DNA of 64,000 nucleotides from an uncultured Acidobacteriota bacterium (GTDB taxonomy: Bacteria; Acidobacteriota; UBA6911), in the NCBI GenBank assembly GCA_963827655.1, contig CAWHCF010000022.1, positions 224,001 to 288,000 on the forward strand, given 5' to 3'. Shown here piece after piece: positions 55,688 to 64,000 of this stretch. Under the pieces are notes generated by a model. That model worked only from the letters and a program-made list of their open reading frames with translations, made no database searches and was not told the DNA's origin. Position 1 is the stretch's first letter. Every line of letters begins with the position of its first letter. The position numbers and the translations under genes are program-made.

Positions 55688-58204
55688 TCATCTCGGTCTC
55701 GGTTGTGCGTTGATAGCCGAAAGAACTGAGAGGCCATGAGTTCCATAAAGTGCGAAGCCTCCCACTTCGTCATCCGCCGTGATCGTGATGTATCCCGACG
55801 AAAGCGCCGTGACGGCCAGGTTGGGGAAGAATTCGGTCAGCAGCTTGCAACTGCGCCCTCTCCTGACAACTACCTCGGTCGTCGAAGCAAGAAGGCTGCC
55901 GTTGCTGTCGAAAACCTGGATGTTCGCGCTGACGTCGGTATCGCGGGGATTTGTGATTGCGATGCCCGTGAAATACGTCGCGTCGGAGGCAACCTGGCTG
56001 AAGACCAACTGTTTTTGAGACGCGCTCACCAGCGGCAGCGCTGCGGAAAATGAGTTTCTTTCGGGATCCCCGAACACAACCGTGCCAATGATCCGCACGC
56101 CACTCGTGACAATTTCTACGTACCCCTGCCTGGTTCCCCCTGGCCCTATGAAGAACTGCTGATCGCTAATGTACAGCTTCCCGTGTCGGGAAATTGGCAT
56201 CTGCCTCGGGGAACCGATCGGAGTTCCATCATCGCCGATAAACCGGAAATTCACCGTGCCGGGATTCGAATCGAGGTTCACGATCGACAGAGTGGAGCGC
56301 CAGGGTCCTCCAACCACATACTGTGGCGAATACAGCCTGGTACCGCCTGAAGTAGAATCGAAACCGTTGACCGCCTGCGCGTACCGATCCGGCCTGGCGA
56401 GATACTCAAACGGGACGATCTCGCGCTCGGAGGTCGCGCGGATGTAACTGGAGCCGATTAGAGCCGCGCCTGGGAACAGATCTGAAGCCGATTCCACGAG
56501 CGCCCCGTTGCCGTCGATGTTTCTGGCCGCTGACGCTACCGCCGTCCCGTCGGCCCCGACCAGTTCGAAATTAATCGCCGTCGACTCCGCGTTGGGATTC
56601 ACGACCTGGACCCGGGTTACTCCTTGTTCCTCCAACTCGGGCAAGACAAACCCCGTCAACGGGCTTACCGAGGCGTCGGCGCCATCCAGAACCGTAAGCG
56701 ATCGGTCGTAGGTCAGAAAAGAGGCTGCGATCTGGCGCGATGTGCTTTCCAGCTTGACCCATCCCACGGAATTGCTTCCGGCCAATCCCGGCCCGAAGAG
56801 CCGGCTGTCTGTCAGGGCGCTCTGTTCCCCTGGACGGAGTGCCACTGAAGTCGGATTCGTGATGTTGGAACCCGTTATCGGACGCCCGGTCCTGTCATGG
56901 GCAGTAAACATCAGGGTGGCCGCGCTGGCGCCCAGGTTCGCGACTGCGATCCCGGTGTACTCACCCGCCGAATCGTTCGTGGTCACCAGGTCGGGGAAAT
57001 ACAGCGTGGGGGTCGCCGGAGCATCGGGATTCACGATCCGGGAAACCGAGCCCTCCAGAGCCACCACATAAATCTCTCCAGCCTCGTCCTCGCCAAACGA
57101 TGAGAGGGACAGGTTCGTGTCGAGCAGAAGCGACGGCGCGCCCCCACTCAGCACGAAGATCTCTCCCGAACAGTAATCCGCGTAAACATACGCGCCCAGA
57201 GGAAGACTTCGCCGCGTCCCACGATAAACGTAGCCGCCGGTTACGGAACAGCGTCCCTGAGCTCCCGGAGTATGGGCGTATTCGGCTATCGGCGGAATGA
57301 AGCTTGCGGCGTTGCAAGGGCCGATGTTACATCGGTTCCCCTCGAAGACCCTCCAGCCATAGTTGCCCCCCAGCGTGATGATGTCGACCTCTTCGATAAC
57401 GTTTTGCCCGACGTCTCCGGCATAAAGCTGCCCGGTCACTCGATCGAAAGAGAATCGCCAGGGATTTCTTAGCCCGGTAGCGTAGATCTCGTCGCGGCCT
57501 TCAATCGGTCCGAAGAACGGATTGGTCGAAGGCGATGTGTAAAGCACCGACTGACTCTCAGGACGGTCGATATCGATGCGAAGCATCTTTCCCAGCAGGT
57601 CGTTCAAGTTCTGCGCCCGGTTTTCGGGATCGTTCCCGGACCCGCCGTCTCCCATTCCAATGTAGAGCAGGCGGTCGGGACCGAACTCAATCATGCCGCC
57701 GTTGTGATTCGCATAAGGCTGAGGTATGACCAGAATGATGGTTTCGGCCGGGTCTGCCACGTTTGGATCTGAGGCGGAGACGCGATACTCGGATACGACG
57801 GTGGCCCCATCGCCGGTGCGAGTGTAGTTTACAAAAAAGCGGCGATCTGACGGGAATCTGGGATGAAAGGCCAGGCCGAGCAGCCCCCGCTCGCCTCCCG
57901 CCAGTATTTTACTTCTGATATCAAGGAAGACGGCAGGCGCCGTCGAGCCGGGTTGAAGCACTCTGATACGCCCCGCCTGCTCGATAATGAAGAGCCGGCC
58001 GCTGCCATCGTGGGCGTTAGTCACATAGAGCGGACTCGACAATCCGGTCGCCACCACCGGTTCGAGCGCGATGCGAAGAGGCACCGAGCCGGGATTCTGC
58101 GCGAAAGAATTGAGGCCTTGCGGAGCGGCGGCGGCTTCCTGCCGCAAAGTAATTACGGCACAACAGCAGATGAGAGCCCGAAGAGCAATTCTCGCCGCTT
58201 TCAT
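55688..58204 (-). CDS. PQQ-dependent glucose/sorbosone dehydrogenase-like beta-propeller with C-terminal repeated domains
   Basis: [38 protein letters not shown]. Confidence 0.88.
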   Translation of the reverse strand: MKAARIALRALICCCAVITLRQEAAAAPQGLNSFAQNPGSVPLRIALEPVVATGLSSPLYVTNAHDGSGRLFIIEQAGRIRVLQPGSTAPAVFLDIRSKILAGGERGLLGLAFHPRFPSDRRFFVNYTRTGDGATVVSEYRVSASDPNVADPAETIILVIPQPYANHNGGMIEFGPDRLLYIGMGDGGSGNDPENRAQNLNDLLGKMLRIDIDRPESQSVLYTSPSTNPFFGPIEGRDEIYATGLRNPWRFSFDRVTGQLYAGDVGQNVIEEVDIITLGGNYGWRVFEGNRCNIGPCNAASFIPPIAEYAHTPGAQGRCSVTGGYVYRGTRRSLPLGAYVYADYCSGEIFVLSGGAPSLLLDTNLSLSSFGEDEAGEIYVVALEGSVSRIVNPDAPATPTLYFPDLVTTNDSAGEYTGIAVANLGASAATLMFTAHDRTGRPITGSNITNPTSVALRPGEQSALTDSRLFGPGLAGSNSVGWVKLESTSRQIAASFLTYDRSLTVLDGADASVSPLTGFVLPELEEQGVTRVQVVNPNAESTAINFELVGADGTAVASAARNIDGNGALVESASDLFPGAALIGSSYIRATSEREIVPFEYLARPDRYAQAVNGFDSTSGGTRLYSPQYVVGGPWRSTLSIVNLDSNPGTVNFRFIGDDGTPIGSPRQMPISRHGKLYISDQQFFIGPGGTRQGYVEIVTSGVRIIGTVVFGDPERNSFSAALPLVSASQKQLVFSQVASDATYFTGIAITNPRDTDVSANIQVFDSNGSLLASTTEVVVRRGRSCKLLTEFFPNLAVTALSSGYITITADDEVGGFALYGTHGLSVLSAINAQPRPR

Positions 58205-58297
58205 GATGCACTCCCGAGAAGCGGGCCCAATGGGGGCTGGTCTCCCCGCTTCCGCGTGTCTCTCGCGCGCCCGCCGCGCAGACGCGAAGGTAGTATT

Positions 58298-60061
58298 TTA
58301 GATGCCCGTGGTCTCGATCTCAAGAGAAGCGTCGAACCTATCAAACAAACGGCCCAACCAGACGATGGCGACGGCGGCTTCGATCAAGAGGCCGATGGCA
58401 GCCACCAGGGAGGCGATCGGAGCAATCGCCAATCCAATGAGCCAATAGGCGCTCAGAAAAACCATTGAGAACAGAATGGCCGCGGGTATGACGGCAAAGA
58501 GCAGGACCAGCCCAGTGGCTCCGGCCATGATCAATCTCTGCCCCATCGCCTCGATTCCCTGTTGATGCTCCTTTCCCAGGTGAATCCAGCCGGGCATCAG
58601 CAGGGCGGCTGCGTTCTGAATCAGCACACCCAGGAGGCTGAAGCACGGAAGCAACAAGGCTGCGCACAGGCCGAACACCACGCGCTGATAAGGCGGCAGC
58701 GCATGATTTCCCAATCCCGGCAAGAAGCAAACGGCGAGAAAGAGCAAGAACCATTCCGTACAGGCTAGAACAGCGGCCGGCGCCATGACTTCGCCCAGTA
58801 CCACGCTCCATCCTGGAACCGGATAGGTCTTGATCAGATCAAGATGGAGCAGATCGTTGCGCAAGTCGTCGCGCATCACCACGGGCCCCATGATGGCGAC
58901 GAACAAGGCAATTCCGGCGGCAGCCCCGCCGATCATCGCCGGAACGATGCTCGGGCCGGAGCTTCCGCCGGAGGCCACCCAGACTGTCGCGGCCACGATA
59001 GCCAGCGCCAGGGCTAACAACCGGCTTACGCGTACCCGGCCGGAGGAAATCAGGTTTTTCCAGAAGAAGGCCACAAAGGGAAATCCCTCGGATGCGAGGC
59101 GAAACGGAGGGCGCCGGGCCCTCCTGGAGCGCAAGGCTTCAGCCGGCAGGAGCCCTCGCTTACGCGCCTCAATGCGCTGCGCCGCCTTTTCGGACCTCTC
59201 GAGCGAGGCCTCCTCGAAGCTGGCATCGCTCCGGATGACCCAGAGATAAGACAGCGCCAACAGCATGAGCGCCGGAGCCAGAGACAGAAGGAACGACGTC
59301 CCATCCTGTGCCAGAGCCGGACGCAGCAACGCCCGGAACGGCAGCAGCAGGTAGTACAAGGGACCGGCCTGGAGCAGTCTGCTGAACCACTCAAGCAGAG
59401 CCTCCGGTGCCGAGTCCTGAAGCACAGGCGGAGCCGGGATGAACCATCTAATCCACACAAGGATGCAGAGGATCACCCCGGCCAGTCCTGAGAGCGTCCA
59501 GAGCTGGCGCTTGACGGCGGACCAGCCGTGTTCCGAGAGGCTGGCCTGCGCCATCGAGACCCCCATCCGATAGAGAGCCAGGAACGAATAGACGATCCAA
59601 AGACCGGACGCCAGATAGGGAGTGCGCAGCAGACTCCGCCCCTGCCCGAAAACAAGAGTAGAAATCAGCACCCCGAAAATGATCCCGAGTTGTCCCTTGG
59701 CGATTCGGAAGTGCAGCAAAGTCCGGCGTCGCAAGGGAGCAGGGAAAAGAAACTGGACTTCCGCGGCGGTAAAGGTGATGCCTCCGCCGCGCGCCGGAAG
59801 GATCCAGGGCAGAAGGACGAAAATCAACAGCCCGAAGGCAAAGGCGGTCTCCATCGAGCCCGCGGCGCTGAAATCGAGCCGGATATCGGGCTGGCCGCGA
59901 GACCTTACTCGAATGAAGGACGGATGAATGAACGCGAAGTAAAGGTACAACCCCCCCGCCAGGGCGGGAATTAGATACTTCGGTTGCCGGAGGCGTCGCA
60001 GCCTTGCCAGGATCCGGTTCTTCAGGCTGGCGTAAAAGTAAAACAGAAACGCCGCGATCAT
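58298..60061 (-). CDS. Putative ABC exporter permease
   Basis: Polytopic membrane protein, EVQFLFPAPL; downstream of the ABC ATPase. Confidence 0.8.
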   Translation of the reverse strand: MIAAFLFYFYASLKNRILARLRRLRQPKYLIPALAGGLYLYFAFIHPSFIRVRSRGQPDIRLDFSAAGSMETAFAFGLLIFVLLPWILPARGGGITFTAAEVQFLFPAPLRRRTLLHFRIAKGQLGIIFGVLISTLVFGQGRSLLRTPYLASGLWIVYSFLALYRMGVSMAQASLSEHGWSAVKRQLWTLSGLAGVILCILVWIRWFIPAPPVLQDSAPEALLEWFSRLLQAGPLYYLLLPFRALLRPALAQDGTSFLLSLAPALMLLALSYLWVIRSDASFEEASLERSEKAAQRIEARKRGLLPAEALRSRRARRPPFRLASEGFPFVAFFWKNLISSGRVRVSRLLALALAIVAATVWVASGGSSGPSIVPAMIGGAAAGIALFVAIMGPVVMRDDLRNDLLHLDLIKTYPVPGWSVVLGEVMAPAAVLACTEWFLLFLAVCFLPGLGNHALPPYQRVVFGLCAALLLPCFSLLGVLIQNAAALLMPGWIHLGKEHQQGIEAMGQRLIMAGATGLVLLFAVIPAAILFSMVFLSAYWLIGLAIAPIASLVAAIGLLIEAAVAIVWLGRLFDRFDASLEIETTGI

Positions 60062-60067
60062 AAGCGT

Positions 60068-60145
60068 ATCAGCTTTCAGCAGTCAGCTTTCAGCAGTCAG
60101 CTGTCAGTAGTCAGCTGTTGGCTGACAGCTGATAGCTGATAGCTG
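60068..60145. repeat. Palindromic heptamer element, (TCAGC..)n...(GCTGA..)n
   Basis: Fills the gap between the ATPase stop and the permease start. Confidence 0.9.
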
Positions 60146-60874
60146 TTAGCTTCCTCCCGTGACCCGGAAGAAAATTTCCTCGAGATTCGTGTCGCCTTGA
60201 AGCTCCGGGAGGCTGCGCGAAATCGCCTCGAGCGAATCGTGGATGATCTTACGACCTTCCTTCAGGATAAGGACCCGGTCGCACAATTCCTCGACCAGAT
60301 GCAGAAGATGAGAGCTCACAATGATAGACGCGCCTGCGCGGGCGCGATCGAGAATCGTGCTTTTCATCCGGCGAATACCGATGGGATCCAATCCGGTAAG
60401 CGGTTCATCGAACAGCAGCGCCCTGGGCGAGTGCAGCAGTCCGCACGCAATGACCAGTTTCTGCTTCATCCCGCGGGACAGTTCCGAGGGAAGCGCATCT
60501 CGTTTTTCCCACAGCTCCAGCTCGTCCAGCAGATTCTTCGCATCCTGTTCGTAGCGCTCGACACCGTAGATGCGCGCGGTGAACTGAAGGTGCTCCATGA
60601 CCGTGAGGTAGTCGAAGAGCCGCGGCTCGTCCGGCATGAACGACGCCAGTCGCTTGGCCGAGAGCGGGTCATCCCGCAGGGAGTGGCCGCAAATACGAAT
60701 ATCCCCCCGCGTCGGCGGAATGATCCCCACGACGCAGCGCAGCGTGGTGGTCTTGCCGGCGCCGTTAGGCCCGACCAGACCCAGAACTTCTCCGGGTTCC
60801 ACGCAAAAGGACAGGTCGGTTACCGCCGCGAAGGAGCCGTAAATCTTGGTTAGTCCATCGATCTCAATCATCAA
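60146..60874 (-). CDS. ABC transporter ATP-binding protein
   Basis: GPNGAGKTT, LSRGMKQK, LLFDEP, SSH. Confidence 0.95.
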   Translation of the reverse strand: MMIEIDGLTKIYGSFAAVTDLSFCVEPGEVLGLVGPNGAGKTTTLRCVVGIIPPTRGDIRICGHSLRDDPLSAKRLASFMPDEPRLFDYLTVMEHLQFTARIYGVERYEQDAKNLLDELELWEKRDALPSELSRGMKQKLVIACGLLHSPRALLFDEPLTGLDPIGIRRMKSTILDRARAGASIIVSSHLLHLVEELCDRVLILKEGRKIIHDSLEAISRSLPELQGDTNLEEIFFRVTGGS

Positions 60875-61027
60875 ACGGTTGCTTCAATGAACGAGCATTG
60901 TAGCAAAAAGCCGGGATGGTTGCCTTTTCCTGGCGTCTTCGCGTCCTGGTGGTTGATCTGAGTCTGTACCTCGCAATGGCCGGAAATGCGCGTTATAATT
61001 GGGATCGTACAACTAAAAAAATTGGCG

Positions 61028-61049
61028 ATAGCGAAATCAATTTTGCTAT
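61028..61049. promoter_or_regulatory. Possible regulator-binding palindrome upstream of korA
   Basis: ATAGCGAAAT-CA-ATTTTGCTAT (9/10 inverted match). Confidence 0.4.
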
Positions 61050-61108
61050 GCTACGACGTTTGGGCGCGCGCCCTGACATCGGATTAACACTGACTGGAGA
61101 AGTTAACC

Positions 61109-62959
61109 TTGAGCAATTCAGAAACGACGGTTGTTGCTGAAATCGAGCGCGCGAGCGCGCGAGAACCGGTCGTGAATGATTTCAGCATTCAGGTCGCCAC
61201 TATCAACGGATCCGGAAGCCAGTCCGCCAACAGTGTCTTGATGCGTTCCATCTTTCAGATGGGCGTGCCGGTGAGCGGCAAGAATCTCTTCCCTTCGAAT
61301 ATTGCGGGTCTGCCGACCTGGTTCACCATCCGCGCCAATAAACACGGGTACATCGCGCGCAAGGCTGAAATCGACTTCATGGTCGCGATGAACCCCCAGA
61401 CGGCGCGCGAAGATGCCATGACCGTGCAACCGGGTGGGGCCCTCCTGGCAGAAGAGACGCTGGGCCTGAAGGGCGTGCGCAGCGACATCAGCTACTATGG
61501 CGTTCCCTTCGCAAAGCTGGCCGGCCAGGTGGTCCCCGACGTCAAGCTGCGAAAACTGCTGGCCAACATGATTTATGTGGGGGTCATGGCAGAACTGCTG
61601 GGAATCGATGTGGTGGAAGTGGAGAAGGCGATTCGAAAGCAGTTCAAGACGAAGGTCAAGGCCGCCGAGACCAATATCCAGGCGGTGAAGGCTGGCATCG
61701 ACTACGCGCGCTCGAATCTCGTGAAGACCGACCCGTTTCGCATCGAGCGGATGAACAAGACTCAGGGCAAAATAATTATCGACGGCAACGCCGCCGCCGG
61801 CTTGGGGGCCATGTTCGGGGGATGCACGGTCGTCACCTGGTATCCGATTACACCGTCGAGTTCTCTCGTCGAGCAGATGATCGATTACATGAAGCAGTAC
61901 CGGATCGACCCGGAGACGCAGAAAGCGACGTTTGCCATTGTACAGGCGGAAGACGAGCTTGCCGCTCTTGGAATGGTGATCGGAGCAGGTTGGGCCGGCG
62001 CTCGCGCCATGACTTCAACCTCGGGTCCGGGCATTTCCCTCATGTCCGAATTTGTAGGGCTGGCCTACTTTGCGGAGGTGCCGGCGGTAATCTGGGATAT
62101 TCAGCGCATCGGCCCGTCCACCGGACTCCCCACTCGAACCAGCCAGGGGGATATTCTTTCGGCCTTCCTGCTCAGCCACGGCGACACCAAGCATATCCTG
62201 CTGCTTCCGGCGACCGTGGAAGAATGCTTCCGCTTCGCCCAGGAAGCCTTCAACCTGGCCGAGCGTTTTCAAACCGTGGTTTTCTGCATGAGCGATCTCG
62301 ACCTTGGCATGAACAACTGGATGGCGGACCCGTTCGCATACCCCCACGATATCCCGATCGACCGGGGGAAAGTGCTCTCCGCGGAAGATCTGGACAAGCT
62401 GGGCAAATTCTCCCGTTACCTCGACGTGGACGGAGACGGAATACCCTACCGCACCATCCCGGGAACCAACCATCCGGCAGCACCCTACTTCGCCCGTGGC
62501 AGCGGGCATAATGAGGACGCCGAGTACACGGAGCGCCCGGAAGACTACGTCAAACTGATGGACCGGCTGGCCCGGAAATTCGAGACTGCGCGCCGATATG
62601 TTCCAGCGCCGGTGACGGAAAACGGCGGCAGCTCACGAGTGGGAATCATCGCCTATGGAAGCACCCACCATGCGATCGGCGAGTCCCGCGACCAGCTGAG
62701 ATCGGAATACGCCATCGAGACGAATTACCTCCGGTTGCGGGCGCTTCCTTTCGGCCCCGAAGTCGAGGCCTTCATCGCGGAGAACGATCGAGTTTATGTT
62801 GTGGAACAGAACCGCGACGGCCAGATGCGCAGCCTGCTCATCTTGGATTATCCCGCGATGACCGCCAAGCTGCGTTCCATTCGCCATTACAACGGAATCC
62901 CCATCGACGCGCGCTTTGTCACAAACGCCATCCTCAGCCAGGAAAAGGAGACGGTCTGA
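61109..62959 (+). CDS. korA: 2-oxoacid:ferredoxin oxidoreductase alpha subunit
   Basis: NGSGSQSAN, WYPITPSS, QAEDELAA, TSGPG, GPSTGLPT, EQNRDGQ. Confidence 0.92.
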   Translation: MSNSETTVVAEIERASAREPVVNDFSIQVATINGSGSQSANSVLMRSIFQMGVPVSGKNLFPSNIAGLPTWFTIRANKHGYIARKAEIDFMVAMNPQTAREDAMTVQPGGALLAEETLGLKGVRSDISYYGVPFAKLAGQVVPDVKLRKLLANMIYVGVMAELLGIDVVEVEKAIRKQFKTKVKAAETNIQAVKAGIDYARSNLVKTDPFRIERMNKTQGKIIIDGNAAAGLGAMFGGCTVVTWYPITPSSSLVEQMIDYMKQYRIDPETQKATFAIVQAEDELAALGMVIGAGWAGARAMTSTSGPGISLMSEFVGLAYFAEVPAVIWDIQRIGPSTGLPTRTSQGDILSAFLLSHGDTKHILLLPATVEECFRFAQEAFNLAERFQTVVFCMSDLDLGMNNWMADPFAYPHDIPIDRGKVLSAEDLDKLGKFSRYLDVDGDGIPYRTIPGTNHPAAPYFARGSGHNEDAEYTERPEDYVKLMDRLARKFETARRYVPAPVTENGGSSRVGIIAYGSTHHAIGESRDQLRSEYAIETNYLRLRALPFGPEVEAFIAENDRVYVVEQNRDGQMRSLLILDYPAMTAKLRSIRHYNGIPIDARFVTNAILSQEKETV

Positions 62960-62961
62960 AT

Positions 62962-64000
62962 ATGTCCACGGCAGTTGAACCTCCGCGATCCAAGGGTACC
63001 AATCGAATCGGCCTGATGTTGAATGATTACAAAGGCAAGGATTCTACGCTTTGCGCGGCGTGCGGTCACGACGCGATCACGAGCCAGATCGTCAAGGCGT
63101 TCTTCGAATATGGAGTGGATCCGGTTCGAGTCATAAAGCTTTCAGGCATCGGATGCTCCTCCAAGACCCCGGCCTATTTTCTCAACCGTTCCCACGGCTT
63201 CAACGCCGTCCACGGCCGCATGCCGGCTGTCGGTACCGGCGCTCTCCTGGCCAACCGGAACCTGCTTGCGATCGGTGTCAGCGGAGACGGGGACACGGCC
63301 TCGATCGGGATGGGACAGTTTGTCCACATGCTGCGCCGGAATGTTCCGATGGTCTACATCATGGAGAACAACGGCGTATACGGTTTGACCAAGGGGCAGT
63401 TCTCCGCTACAGCCGACCAGGGATCGAAGTTAAAGACCGGAGTGCTGAGCGACCTGCCCGCGATTGATTGCTGCACCCTGGCGATCGAGCTCGGCTGCGG
63501 ATATGTGGCCCGCTCGTTCGCGGGAGATCCCAAGCAGGTTGTGGCTCTGCTGGAGGGGGCGCTGGCGCACCGGGGAACGGCTTTCCTGGACATAATCTCT
63601 CCCTGCGTGACCTTCAACAACCACGAAGGCTCGACCAAGAGCTACAAGCACGCCAAGGAGACGGAGGAGATGCTCCATGAAATCGGCTTCGTACCGTATT
63701 TCGAGCCGATCACGGTAGACTACGACGAAGGGACGGCCAAGGTTGTTGAGATGCACGACGGTTCTCACATCGTGCTGCGAAAACTGGAACGCGACTTCAA
63801 TCCCATGAACAAGGGTGAAGCGCTCCAGCTCATCCGCGAATCAAATGCGCAGGGCGAATTTCTGACCGGACTGCTCTACATCGATCCGGTCAAGCCTGAC
63901 TTCACGGAATTGCTGGGATTACACGACCAGCCCCTCGCTTCTCTCCCGGCCGAAAAAGTGCGCCCATCCCGAGAAGCTCTGGAAGCCATAATGGAATCGC
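62962..64000 (+). CDS. korB: 2-oxoacid:ferredoxin oxidoreductase beta subunit (runs off the window edge)
   Basis: Manual translation: MSTAVEPP...LCAACGH, SGIGCSS, HGRM, GDGD, ENNGVYGLTKGQ, SPCVTFN. Confidence 0.92.
   Translation, partial: MSTAVEPPRSKGTNRIGLMLNDYKGKDSTLCAACGHDAITSQIVKAFFEYGVDPVRVIKLSGIGCSSKTPAYFLNRSHGFNAVHGRMPAVGTGALLANRNLLAIGVSGDGDTASIGMGQFVHMLRRNVPMVYIMENNGVYGLTKGQFSATADQGSKLKTGVLSDLPAIDCCTLAIELGCGYVARSFAGDPKQVVALLEGALAHRGTAFLDIISPCVTFNNHEGSTKSYKHAKETEEMLHEIGFVPYFEPITVDYDEGTAKVVEMHDGSHIVLRKLERDFNPMNKGEALQLIRESNAQGEFLTGLLYIDPVKPDFTELLGLHDQPLASLPAEKVRPSREALEAIMES

Noticed and set aside
76-63768. Numerous long antisense or alternate-frame ORFs (e.g. 2895..3872, 47211..48176, 48595..50016)
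   Set aside because: Shadow ORFs of high-GC genes that overlap well-supported CDSs.
1-64000. tRNA/rRNA genes, prophage, intact transposases
   Set aside because: None recognised in the window.

Overview
GC-rich bacterial window, most likely Acidobacteriota (ADOP permease-PadR operon, carboxypeptidase-regulatory-domain TonB-dependent receptors, Solibacter-type hypothetical proteins). About 38 genes are recognisable: four tandem ADOP duplicated permeases under PadR, a desaturase-fusion/LtaS-like pair, ndh, TPR proteins, a TamB-POTRA-Omp85 fusion, two TBDRs, an NpmA/KamB-like 16S rRNA m1A1408 methyltransferase, a diheme peroxidase, TA modules, an amidase, GGT, two tandem JAB/MPN-like-TM-TonB-C proteins, an ABC exporter and korAB. 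About 16 genes carry single-base frameshifts, most likely long-read assembly errors. Highlights: (1) a dense system of palindromic elements built from tandem 7-mers or 8-mers that sit at gene junctions and delimit tandem paralogues, clearest at every junction of the ADOP array; (2) two membrane proteins joining an altered JAMM domain to a TonB C-terminal domain; (3) a putative aminoglycoside-resistance methyltransferase; (4) a two-copy MITE. All product calls come from motif recognition by eye; no database searches were run.
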